Part shown: one piece after another, positions 33,150-43,800 of the stretch
How positions within the stretch are numbered: the first letter of the stretch is position 1
Layout: every line of letters starts with the position of its first letter
NCBI GenBank assembly: GCA_965237525.1
Contig: CBDEFO010000007.1
Span: forward strand, 128,001-192,000
DNA from: Candidatus Latescibacterota bacterium
GTDB taxonomy: Bacteria > Latescibacterota > CBDEFO01
Reading direction: 5' to 3'
DNA length: 64,000 bases
The notes under the pieces: generated by a model
Database searches by the model: none
What the model saw: the letters and a program-made list of their open reading frames with translations, nothing else
What the model was told of the DNA's origin: nothing
Made by a program: the position numbers and the translations under genes

Positions 33150-34418
33150 CTACTCTATCGGAATGCCTTTGGGCACTACTGTTATACCTTCCTCCGTTAC
33201 AGTGAATCTCTTCCTATCTTCTTCGAGGCAATATCCGATCTCGCATCCTTGGGGTATTCTTACATCTTTGTCTATTATGGCTCTTTTTATCCTGGCGCCC
33301 CTTCCGATGTCCACTCCTTCCAAAAGTATAGATTCAAAAACATGCGAGTAACTGTGTACTTTGACGCCGTGTGAAAGGACAGATCTTTCAACTGTTCCTC
33401 CTGAGATTATGCAACCTCCTGAGATTATGGAATCAAGAGCAAGTCCCACTCGATTCTCGCCGTAGCTGGAGAAGACTGTCTTGGCGGGCGGATATTGCTC
33501 CTGGTAGGTCCTTATGGGCCAATCCTCATCGTAGAGATTAAAGAGCGGAGTAACCTCGACAAGGTCCATGTTAGCCTCCCAGTAGGCATCTATCTTCCCT
33601 ATGTCCCTCCAGTATTTAGTCTCCTTTTTGTTCTCGTCTATGAAGTTGTAGGCAAAGACGGTGGAAGTATCTATCATTGTGGGGAGTATGTCTCTGCCGA
33701 AGTCGTGCGTGGAATCAACTTTGGCATCCTCAATAACCGCTCTGGCAAGGACAGGAGTCTCGAAGACATAGATCCCCATAGAGACGAGGGCATGTGTGGG
33801 TTTGCCCGGGATAGTTTTAGGATCTTCAGGTTTTTCCTGGAAACCTATTATTCTGGAGTCTTGATCTATCTGGATTACGCCGAAATCTTTAGTCTTAGTG
33901 GCCTCAAACTCCACTGCACCGACCGTAAGATCCGCACCCTTTTCCTCGTGAAATTCGAGCATGTGGCTGTAGTCCATCTTGTAGATGTGGTCTCCTGCAA
34001 GGATGAGGACCCTTTCGGGACGTTCCTGTTCGAGCGTGTAAATATTTTGATAAATGGCGTCGGCGGTTCCTCTGTACCAGCTTTGGGTAGTTCTCTGCTG
34101 GGGTGGAATAGTGTAGATAAATTCCCCGAGTTCGTCGTTGAAGATGTTCCATCCGAGTCTCAAATGCTTTTGAAGCGAGATAGATTTGTACTGAGTGAGG
34201 ACATAGATTCTTCTCATATTGGAGTTGACACAGTTCGAGAGCGTAAAATCGATGATTCTGTAGATTCCGCCAAAGGGCACGGCTGGCTTTGCCCTATCTC
34301 TTGTCAAAGGGTGGAGTCTTTCGCCCTGTCCTCCGGACAGCACTATAGCCAGCGTGTTTCTCAGAAGGGCGCGCAGATCTTTTCCGGGCATTATAGGTAA
34401 TTCCTTATTTTGAAACAT
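33150..34418 (-). CDS. glgC: Glucose-1-phosphate adenylyltransferase
   Basis: GGQGERLHPLTRDRAKPAVPFGG, WYRGTADAIYQN, GDHIYKMDY, SMGIYVF and YWRDIG. Confidence 0.97.
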   Translation of the reverse strand: MFQNKELPIMPGKDLRALLRNTLAIVLSGGQGERLHPLTRDRAKPAVPFGGIYRIIDFTLSNCVNSNMRRIYVLTQYKSISLQKHLRLGWNIFNDELGEFIYTIPPQQRTTQSWYRGTADAIYQNIYTLEQERPERVLILAGDHIYKMDYSHMLEFHEEKGADLTVGAVEFEATKTKDFGVIQIDQDSRIIGFQEKPEDPKTIPGKPTHALVSMGIYVFETPVLARAVIEDAKVDSTHDFGRDILPTMIDTSTVFAYNFIDENKKETKYWRDIGKIDAYWEANMDLVEVTPLFNLYDEDWPIRTYQEQYPPAKTVFSSYGENRVGLALDSIISGGCIISGGTVERSVLSHGVKVHSYSHVFESILLEGVDIGRGARIKRAIIDKDVRIPQGCEIGYCLEEDRKRFTVTEEGITVVPKGIPIE

Positions 34419-34423
34419 AGAGG

Positions 34424-35154
34424 CTATCTTAGACGGGTCACCTCATCGACCTAATGGATCAAGACGTCCTTGAACTTATATTTCCGGGACCTTATATTTC
34501 CGGCCGGATTTGGCGTTATAGAAGTCCAGATCGTACTTTATGGCCTTTTTTCCCGACCATATCAGCAGAGGCAAGATATGAACCCTCCTGAAGTTTATAC
34601 ACGCCTTCGTGGACATATTCTGTTGCCAAGTTCCAAGGGCGGTTCTCCCGAGAATCATATACGAGGAATTTGCCGCCCTTCATGGCAGTTTCCTGCGTTA
34701 CAGAGTTTTGGATAGCAGTCTTGACATCTGAGACTGAGTCGCCGGGATCGTCCGCTTCTTCTTCGCCTCGTATCCGAACTTTGGCTTTGACCTAGCGCAG
34801 AACGACCTCATCAACCTCCAAGATATCTTCTCCTTTACGGACGAAGAAGTCGAGGTCGAAGGTGTTATTCTGTGAGTCGGAAAAGTCAGCGCAGGCAAAG
34901 TACGATCTGTCCTTGACTCGGTGCACGCCTTTGTGGATTTCCAGGAACTCCAACTTGCGGACCAGCTCAGAGCGCAAGTCCCGTATGGCGTAGTGCTCTT
35001 TGTCTTTGATCTTACTCCACATATAGTCCTGAATAGATCGGCGTAAGTCTGATGGGGTATTTTCAACCTCAGCAGGTGCAGGGGAGGAGACAAAGCTCCA
35101 CACGAGGGCCGTTGTAACCAGAAAGACAAAGACACGAGACGAGCTATTTTTCAT
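34424..35154 (-). pseudogene. Secreted two-repeat protein with internal TAGs, a frameshift and a 16-bp duplication
   Basis: Repeat 1 reads ...IHKGVH...YFACADF...FDLDFFV...VVLR*; reading past the TAG gives repeat 2 ...VHEGVY...YLASADM...YDLDFY...VLIH*VDEVTRLR. Tandem duplication CTTATATTTCCGG at 34475-34503. Confidence 0.6.
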
Positions 35155-35525
35155 CTACTCCCCCTCTTCTCGGCTTTTGCAAGCGATTTCTTGATCTCTT
35201 CCTTAAGTTCGGTGAGGTCTGAGGATTTGACGGCGTAGGCGTCGGCCGACCAGCTCATAAAATTGTCTTTGTGGCTGGCATAGGCCGTATTCAGTATGAC
35301 CGGCATTTTGCTATCCCTCCTGAGTATCCTCTCCAGCACCTCGAGCCCGTCCATTCCGGGCATCGCTATGTCCAGGACAACAAGATCGGGCCGGATTTGC
35401 TGAACTTTATCGAGGGCTTCCTGTCCGTCTGATGCCAGAATCACGTTGTAGCCGTCATCAGTGAGCTCCTGCTCGTAGAGGAGTCTCTGGTTCAAGTCGT
35501 CATCCACCAGTAATATAGTCTTCAC
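35151..35525 (-). CDS. Single-domain response regulator
   Basis: LLVDDD, VLDIAMPGMDG and ILNTAY. Confidence 0.92.
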   Translation of the reverse strand: MKTILLVDDDLNQRLLYEQELTDDGYNVILASDGQEALDKVQQIRPDLVVLDIAMPGMDGLEVLERILRRDSKMPVILNTAYASHKDNFMSWSADAYAVKSSDLTELKEEIKKSLAKAEKRGSR

Positions 35526-35527
35526 CC

Positions 35528-38382
35528 TTAATCACTCCCTTCGAGTTGATCCCCGAAAGAATCAATCGGGGACTGATCCTGTGATTCGGGGTTGACCGCG
35601 GGGAGACGGATAGTCAGGGTCATCCCGCTTCCCTCCGTGCTGTGAATGTCTATCTTTCCCCCCTGATCATCTATTATCTTCTGGCAGACAGCAAGACCGA
35701 GTCCAGTTCCGTAGGTCTTGGTAGTAAAAAAGGGACTGAAGATGTCTCCTATATCACCATCAGGTATTCCAGGACCGCTATCTGTTATCTCGATCTTCAC
35801 GTATGGGTTATCCTGGCTAGCTTTTATTTCTATCCTTCCCCCTTGGGGCATGGCTTCCAAGGAGTTCTGCACAGCGTTTAAAATCACCTGTTTGATCTGT
35901 CCGGCGTCAGCTAAAATCCGGGGTACATCGGGTTGGTATTGAACGGAAAAGTCTATAGAATTATCTTTAAGTCGGTGTTCAAGAATAGGATACAGTTCTT
36001 CTATTATCGAGTTTATATCTTCTGCCTCCTTTTTCAGGCTCTGTGGGTCTTACAAAGTCAAGGGTCTCTGAGATTACCCTTTCGAGCCTTTTCACTTCGT
36101 CCGCGATGATCGCGGCGTTTCTTTCTGTGCGTTCTGATGTAGGGTCCTTGACAATGGACCGGGCGAATCCGCCGATAGTGGAAAGAGGGTTTCTGATCTC
36201 GTGGGCGATTCGGGCGGAGATCTCCCCGATCTCTGCGAGCCTCTCGGAGCGAAGGAGCCGATCGTGAGCCTCTTCAAGCTTTTCATGGGCCCCTTCAAGT
36301 TCTTCGATCTTCTCCTCAATCTCCCTGTAAATTTCGGCATTTTCTATAGCGAGGCACGCCTGGTTTGCAAAGATAGTTAGAAGCTCCACGCTAAGATCGT
36401 CTATGGGTCGTCCGCTGTAGAGGTTGTCGGCGATTATAGCTCCTATGGCTCTATCCTTGAAGATCAAAGGAACACATATGAACTCAGGGGTGTTGAGAGC
36501 GTTTAAAAGTTGAGGATCTACTAAAGGGTTATCAAACGCATCAGTGATTTTGAAGGGAACCTTTTCGAATATAGAAAGGGCAGGGACAGTTCGGGCATTT
36601 GAAAGGGGAAACCTCAGCCCTTGGGAGACCCTATAAAGGGGAATTTCTTCTTTTTTGTCTTTTATGCGGTCATATTCGGAAAGGTGATCCTCGAGCTTTA
36701 GGTTCTGGTGCGCCATTTCATGCCATATTCTGTATGCATCTTCGCGGCTTGAAGGACCCACTCCCATTTTGCCTTCGAGCATATCTTTTTCCTCGTTTAC
36801 AAGGAAGAGAAAAGCCCGGTTGAATCCGAGGGCGTGTCCGGCTGTGACGTAGGTGAGTATAGCATAGAGGAGGCGATCCAAGTCGAAGATCGTCTGCATC
36901 ATTTCACCTGTCTGACGAAGCATAGAAAATTCATAAGCTTTTTCTACTGTATCAGTTACGTCCTCAATCACCACCAAAGCTCTCCCCATTCCTCCGTCTT
37001 TTGCGCTGGTTATCGAGACATTGAAGAATCCTACTGGAGGTGTGGGGCGTACGACCCTGAAGTTGGTGAGGTTGAAAGGTCCTTCTCCTGCTGTCGCCCG
37101 CTCTATAAGACTCTCGATGTCGGGTCGCAGGAGGAGCGATTCGGGGACAGTCTCGCGCAGGTTCTTACCCTCTATGTCTTCTCTTCGGAGACCTCTCCTC
37201 TGGCAGTAGGCATTGTTGGCAAGTATTATGTTGAGATCTTTGTCAAGAAGGAGGATAGCAGACGGCATCGTGGCTATCAGGCTTTCATTGAACTGATTGA
37301 GACGGACGCTCTCTTCGTAAAGACGGCTGTTTTCTGCAGCTCTTGCTATCTGGTTGGAGATGGTATGGAGGGAGGCCACGTCTATCCCGTCAAAGGAATT
37401 AAGGACAGCACTTTGCACGTCTATTACTCCTACTACGTTTCCAGATATTTTTATAGGGACACAAAGTTCGGACTTTGTCTTCGCCTCTTCAGGAAAGACA
37501 AATATATGTCTGGGCTCTGTTATCACATCGTTAGCCAAAAGGTGTTCCCCTGTTCGGGTGACGTAGCCTATTATGCCCTCATCGATACTCTGATGGTATC
37601 TCTCTGGGATTTTGAGTCCATCAGCGCTGGCGTGGGCTTTAAGGACGAGTTCTTCGGAAGGAGGACTATCCAGGAAGAATAGAAAGACTGCGTAGTATGC
37701 AAAGCTCTTTTGTATGGCTTCGGCGACCTCGCGGAGCATCCTGTCCTGATCGAGAGTGGACATCGCTATTTTGCCGACCTCGTTGACCATAGAAAGCTGA
37801 GTCGATCTCTTCTCAGTAGACTCGATCAGAGAACGTTGCTTCTCTTCTGATTCTCTCAGTTCCTCCTCCTGCCTGCGCTTTATAATTTTGGACGATCGCT
37901 CGGCAAGAGCGCTGATCAAATTTCTCTCTTCCTTGAGGAAAGGTCCCTCATCGCTTTCCGGTCTTTCTTCCAGGAGACAGACCTCCATTGTGCCGATTCG
38001 ATCGTCCTTCACAATCATGTCACAGGACTGCTTCCACATAGTTTCCTTAAAGTTGCTCGTTCTATACGTTTGATCGTCCAGAATGATTCGCGCGCACGTA
38101 ATCTGCCGGATACTGGCAGGCCGGCGGAATAAGGTCTACTATCCCCTGAAGTATCTCCCCCAGTGAAATATCTGGCTTTTCAACAAGGTTAGAAATGGCG
38201 TAGAGGCAATTTAGCTCCTTGTCGCGCTCGGCAAGATCGTATGTCCGCTTCTGTAATGCCTCCTCCGTCCGCTTGCATTCGGCTTTAGATGCTTCTATTT
38301 CACCAACCAATCGGCGCATTTCTGCCAATTCATCTATGAGTTGCTCTTTTGTCTTAGCTTCATCTTTCATAACGATATCCAT
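35528..38382 (-). pseudogene. GAF-PAS-GAF sensor histidine kinase with two +1 frameshifts
   Basis: Fragments 38062..38382, 35979..38039 and 35528..35887. Removing one base near 38105 gives QYPEITCARIILDD...KETMWKQ. Removing one A of the run near 36030 gives PEKEAEDINSII...QIKQVILNAVQN. H-box AHEIRNPL and G boxes are intact. Confidence 0.8.
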
Positions 38383-38583
38383 ATAGATAGGCAGCTTTTG
38401 GTATCGTTCACAATCGGAAAGCGACAGATGGCAGGTTTCATGTCTGTTTAGTGATAATACTTTTACATCACACTATGCCCTAACGGCTTAATTTACATAT
38501 AATATAAAAAATACTTCAACTATATGCAAGAGTGTTTTTGCCTCTTTGGGAAGGACAAAAACACTGGGGGTGAAGAATTGGAT

Positions 38584-38625
38584 AGAGAAAATAAGAGGCG
38601 TCGACCGCCGGGAGGTCGACGCCTC
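38584..38625 (-). terminator. Intrinsic terminator downstream of the ECF sigma gene
   Basis: Minus strand GAGGCGTCGACC-TCCCGGC-GGTCGACGCCTC followed by TTATTTTCT. Confidence 0.65.
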
Positions 38626-38686
38626 AGCCCTGAATGAAGAGCGTCAACGCTCTCTCTTCGGGAATAGGTCTGAAACTCAATACTAG

Positions 38687-38934
38687 CCCGAATAATTCAC
38701 AGAAAAAGGCCGTGTATTAATTAAGGGATTGTATTATATTATAGTTATGCCTTTTACCACCTTCGGTGTCCTTGCGAGCCGAAGGCGAAGCAATCTCGAT
38801 TCTGTGGTAGATGTAACACTCTCCGGCTCTCATAGGAGACCACTATAAAACCTTGAGATTGCTTCCCCGATAGACTCAATCGGGGACCGCTTTGCTCCTC
38901 GCAATGACTCCACCAGGTTTATGAATTAAACGGG
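38687..38934. mobile_element. MITE copy 3 (248 bp), opposite orientation
   Basis: TIRs CCCGAATAATTCA...TGAATTAAACGGG; TSD CTAG at 38683-38686 and 38935-38938, which includes the sigma-factor stop codon. Confidence 0.9.
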
Positions 38935-39564
38935 CTAGTTAGTCGAGTATATAACAATTCTGGGCTCGTTCAGGATACATGGAATTTCATCACCTAACTG
39001 TTCTAATTCCTGCTGAATTTTGAGGCGGCTCCTGTTGACGCGCGATTTGATTGTTCCGACAGGAGAGTCTGTGATTCTGGCTATTTCGTCGTAGGACCGT
39101 CCCTCTATATCGCGCATTATGATAGCCTCGCGATATCTGGGAGGTAGAGAATCTATGGCCGTGCGGATCATCGAGTGCATGATTTTGGATTCTGTTGTGT
39201 GATCTGGCCGATGCGATTCGTCTATCGCTTCGACTATGACATCAGTATCTTCATGTGTGGAACTGTCTATAGATATAAACCTCCACCTCTTTCTGTATCT
39301 TAACTGGCTTTTTGCAAGGTTAGCGGCTATAGTAAATATCCACGTTGAGAAATTATTTAGAGTCCGCGCCCGATCGCTGTTGGTAAAGACTCTAAGAAAG
39401 GTCTCCTGGACTATATCTTCGGCCGTCTGTTGATCGCCCACAAACCTGAGCACGAAATTGAAGAGCTTATCGCTGTATCTCTCTACGATAACACTGAACG
39501 AATCTTCATCTCCGTTGGATGCTTGGATCAAAAGGTCTGTATCCTTGATAAGAGGAGTTACCAT
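38935..39564 (-). CDS. ECF (sigma-70 group 4, RpoE/SigW-like) sigma factor
   Basis: AEDIVQETFLRV, FSTWIFTIAAN and region 4 LPPRYREAIIMRDIEGRSYDEIA...GTIKSRVNRSR. Confidence 0.93.
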   Translation of the reverse strand: MVTPLIKDTDLLIQASNGDEDSFSVIVERYSDKLFNFVLRFVGDQQTAEDIVQETFLRVFTNSDRARTLNNFSTWIFTIAANLAKSQLRYRKRWRFISIDSSTHEDTDVIVEAIDESHRPDHTTESKIMHSMIRTAIDSLPPRYREAIIMRDIEGRSYDEIARITDSPVGTIKSRVNRSRLKIQQELEQLGDEIPCILNEPRIVIYSTN

Positions 39565-39641
39565 AGCGTGTATTCTCTTTGCGATTTATGCATGTTTGCA
39601 GGATGTCTTAGAAGTTATCAACTACCCCTTGTTCTCTTATA

Positions 39642-39770
39642 TGAGGAATATCAGGGGTAGCGTGACCAGATAAAGCCTTCAGTTTGGACCAGGCCAGGGG
39701 GGAGATAGCAGCGGTCCTACTTATGGGCTATGAATTCTACACGTCATCGCTATTCCCTGATATATCCTCA
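39642..39770 (+). ncRNA. Candidate rod-shaped structured RNA with an SRP-RNA-like core
   Basis: Arms TGAGGAATATCAGGGGTAGCGTGAC and GTCATCGCTATTCCCTGATATATCCTCA pair. The core ACCAGGCCAGG...AGCAGC resembles SRP domain IV but has no clean GNRA hairpin. Confidence 0.3.
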
Positions 39771-40225
39771 CTCTGTCAGGATGCGCAAGTTATGTGCCAA
39801 GAAACAGAAAGCTTTTTCAGCTCCCTTGTGAAGCGGTAAAGAACGAGACTACTTTTTGAGTAAAGTGTTGAGATTTGTGTAATCGCCATTCTGGTATAGG
39901 TAAACGATACTATCATTGCCATTGTAAAATGCAATCGAGGCGACATCTCAATCTGAAATAGACTATAAGAGTATTGTTCAATTGTGTAATTAGTGAAGTA
40001 CAGAGATCATACCTGTGGACATAGGGAGACGGATTTTGCACCTTTTCTGTTTATCTCCTAAAAGATGCAAAGAGTCACATCCTTAAACTCATATTGTCAT
40101 AGAATTATGATATGCAATTGATTTTAATCTACTTAATTGACATAATCTGTAGGGAATCGCGAGTGCGAACAGAACATAAGGTATCGCTAAGAGCTTAAAA
40201 GGTATTGCAAATTATCAAAAAAGTG

Positions 40226-40254
40226 TTGACAAAGGGTCAACATTGTCATATATT
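40226..40254 (+). promoter_or_regulatory. Sigma70-type promoter P1 with an operator-like palindrome over the -35 box
   Basis: TTGACA-N17-TATATT; inverted repeat TGTTGAC-AAAGG-GTCAACA. Confidence 0.6.
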
Positions 40255-40423
40255 GTATCACTGCGATCTTGTGTGTACGATGTAGAAAGCACATATTAAG
40301 CACAGTAGGGCGTATGCTCTTTGGTGTGGATTTGTACAATCTATGTTCCTGCTTGGTCAGGAACCTAAAGTGAACATTAGAGCATAGCTGCCTTGAAATT
40401 ATTGCAGAAAACTAAAAAAAAGC

Positions 40424-40452
40424 TTGACAGTTTACAAATATTTTTATATACT
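40424..40452 (+). promoter_or_regulatory. Sigma70-type promoter P2 for the S-layer-like gene
   Basis: TTGACA-N17-TATACT preceded by an A-tract (UP-element-like). Confidence 0.7.
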
Positions 40453-40849
40453 TATGCTTGACACTGTCAGGCTATATTAAAATCATCGGAGGAATTACAG
40501 AAAGTGACGGAGTGATTCAAGCAAACTAAGTATTTACTTACAATCGTTTAGCAGGTTAGGAACGCGTCGCATTTTTTTAAAATAGGCGCGCAAATGCTCA
40601 ATTTTTCGAGTGATCTTAAATTCAAGGGGGGTGCCATTCGAGATCTTTACGGTTTAAATTGTCCTGCTGTTCTGGAAATCTCTAGTTGCTAAAGCTCTTA
40701 AGGATTTTCAAGTCAGCTTTCAACAACCAGTAATACACGTGAGGGAGGATAAGTCAACTATGCCAGGTTCATTAGCAGAAGACACAGACGGTGCGTTTGA
40801 GAAATCGAGTCGTTTTACTTTTCAACCTTACGGTTCAAGGAGGGATGAC

Positions 40850-43800
40850 ATGAAAGCGAAGGCGGTGGTTGGTCTTTTAGCGGTTGGCTTGTTCATATTC
40901 GGGATGACTTTCTCTGCGGATGCTGCCTTAACGCAAGCTGTTACGAATGACGTAGCAACCACTCCGACGCGTGAAGGCAGTGATGTGACTTACGGTGGTG
41001 CGACTCTCGCTCCAGTAACGGGGCCGGTTTCTGTCCTTAGGGTCGTCCTTCAGTCTGACGTAACAGCCGAGACTATTAGTACCGTCAAGGTGGATATAAA
41101 CAGGGTATCTGGACAAGGCCTTCCCGACTCATACGTAGCTGCCCTTACTTCTGGTGATGACAGCGGCATTGCCATATACGTGGACGATGGTGATAATGTC
41201 TTTGAGCGCGTAGCAGATACTTTTGCCGGTGCTGGGACTATCAACTTTGATCCGGTGTCCGGCAATGAAGGTATTCGTACAGTCACCATAGAAAATCCTA
41301 CTACTGACGACGGTGCCCTCCCTGTAAATCCTGGGCCGTTGACGCTATTCATCGTTGCTAGAGGTGGAAGTGATTTAGATGCCGACGATCAGTTTACGTT
41401 CAGCACGGACCTCTCAAACTGGGTATTCAGCGGGGCGACGGCAGGAACTGGAACTGCAACTGCTACTTCAGGGACCATAACCGGCGATGTAACCGCTCCT
41501 ACTATAGCTGATGGCAACGTGGTGACGCTGGACGATGACTCCGATGGACTTTTGGACGGCGTACAGATAACCTGGAGTGAGGAAATCGCCGATGTAAGCT
41601 TTACCAGCTTTTCCAGTGCGACTGCTTCTTTTGCCGTAGCAGTTGACACTGAAGTCGGGGCCTACCAAAATCGGCAGATAGCCCAAGACGGTCCTCCTCG
41701 CACTCCGGATACCATAAACAACAACGTCACCTTCATCACTTTTGATGAACAGGTAACTCTTGGGACGAAGACCCTCGATCAGCTTGATACGGACGCGACT
41801 CCCACTTTAAATATGGCTACGGCTACCGTAACGGACCTTGCAGGCAACCCCATCGCCGGTGTCTCACTTACTTCGGTTGACAAAGCCCCTCCTGTCATCT
41901 TCCAGAGCCTCTATCTGGACGCCGATGATAATGGCAGGATAGATGAGGTGCAGGTCCAGTTTTCCGAGAACATTGATGATGCTACTTTTGGCAACAACAA
42001 CGGCTGGACTGTCGCTGGGTTTAATTTCAAAGACGTTGCCAATGATCCACCTGTCCTCATAGGTGCGGCTTCTTCTGCAGATCCTCCGACTATACCAACT
42101 GAAGGCACTACAGATGTCCTCAGGCTCCTGCTTGAAGAGGAGACTGACTTCTTCAGCACCGGTATAGATCTAGCAGGGGACCAGGTGACTTACAGAGCGA
42201 CTGTTGGCGATGTAGCAGATCTAGCGACTCCGCCTAACGAGCTTAATAGCGTGTTCGTAGGAACCGCTCCGGAGGTGGACAGAGCCAGTCCGATTTTGAT
42301 TGATGCGAAAACTGGAGACATTATCGCTACCCGACCTCGAGGTCAGATTGATCGATACGAGATTAAATTCAGCGAACCTGTGGAAGCGCGAGGTGAAGAA
42401 GCCGACTTTATCCTTTTGGACGACTTTGCAGTTGACTCTCTGAACGGCAACCTCACCAACACGCTTACTCTTGTAATAAGGGAGAGAGGCTTTATCGATA
42501 CGGGAGTCACACCCGGGCTCGGCGTAAATATAGACATAGACGCTAGTCCGAATGCAGGTATTGTAGACTTGGCCAAGGATAGGTTAGGAGCGAATGCCCC
42601 GAACGGTTTGGTTGCTCCTTCGTTAAATGTAATAGCCGGCGCAGTTACCTTCAATCTAGTGCCTGACGCAAAGCGACTCGACGGCGCTCCGCCCCTGATA
42701 AGGAGGGATGCTGTGATCACGGGAGACAGCAACAGAGATGGCAGGCTCGATCGGCTACTTGTGGAGTTTACTGAGGTCATGCCCGGTGATCAGGACTATG
42801 TCAGTGGTGTCACTATCGGAGGAATTGCTCCTAGTGGAGCGTCGCGGACGGCAGTCGATCAGGTGACCTATAGGTTGACAGTAGCTCCAGGCGCCCTGCC
42901 TAACACAGGCGTTGTACTCGACTATCTCTATCGCAGCGCTAGGGGAGCCATATCAGATCCCGCCGGGCTGCAGTTGCTGGATGTCCGGAGCGCCGATATT
43001 GCGGAGCTGGATGGAGCTGCTCCGGTCCTCGTGACCGCTGTCACAGATGACGCTGACGGAGACGGAAAAATAGATAAATACGTTATCACTGCAAGTGAGC
43101 CTATATCGATAGCTGGTGGTGCGGCCTCGACAGGAATAGGCCTGAGAGTTGAGGATCGCCCCGATACACTCGCCACCCTGGATGCAACCAAGAAGATTAT
43201 CACCTTATTCTTCCGTGAAACAGCCGCGACAACGCTGGACGATTTCGATACTGGAGTGACCCCTGACGTTACTTATACTAGAGTGCAGGATGAGCGTGGC
43301 GAGATCAAGGATCTTTCAGGCCCCGGCGGTACGCCAAATATTCCTATGACGAACATACTCGACGACGACGCTGTCCTGACGGAGACTGACGGCGCGAGGC
43401 CCGTTATTGTTGTCGCTGATGATGATACCTCAAGCACAGGGGACGGAAACAGCGATGGCTTTATAGATCAGTTGACGGTGACCTTCAGCGAGCCTGTGAC
43501 GGCGGACAGCGGTAACATCGGCATAACCGTTGATAAAACTGCTTCGGGCGGCAACAAGGTAACCCTCAGTGAAGTCTTGAGCGGCGGCGGAACCAGGGCT
43601 GTGGTCTTCCGCGGAACTTCCGACAGATCCGGAAATCCCGATACGGAGGACATTCCGTTCTTTGACTACGTCGAGGCCGGATCTATTCGCGATATGTCTG
43701 CTGCTGCAAATGCACTTCGAGCTGCTGCCGATCAGATAACGATAGATGAGGCAAGGCCCGTTATTGTCTTTACGACGGGGAGGGATAAAGGACTGCGGAT

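Noticed and set aside
33495..34400. 301-aa + strand ORF
   Set aside because: Antisense shadow of glgC with no recognisable motif; the same applies to most short track ORFs overlapping called genes.
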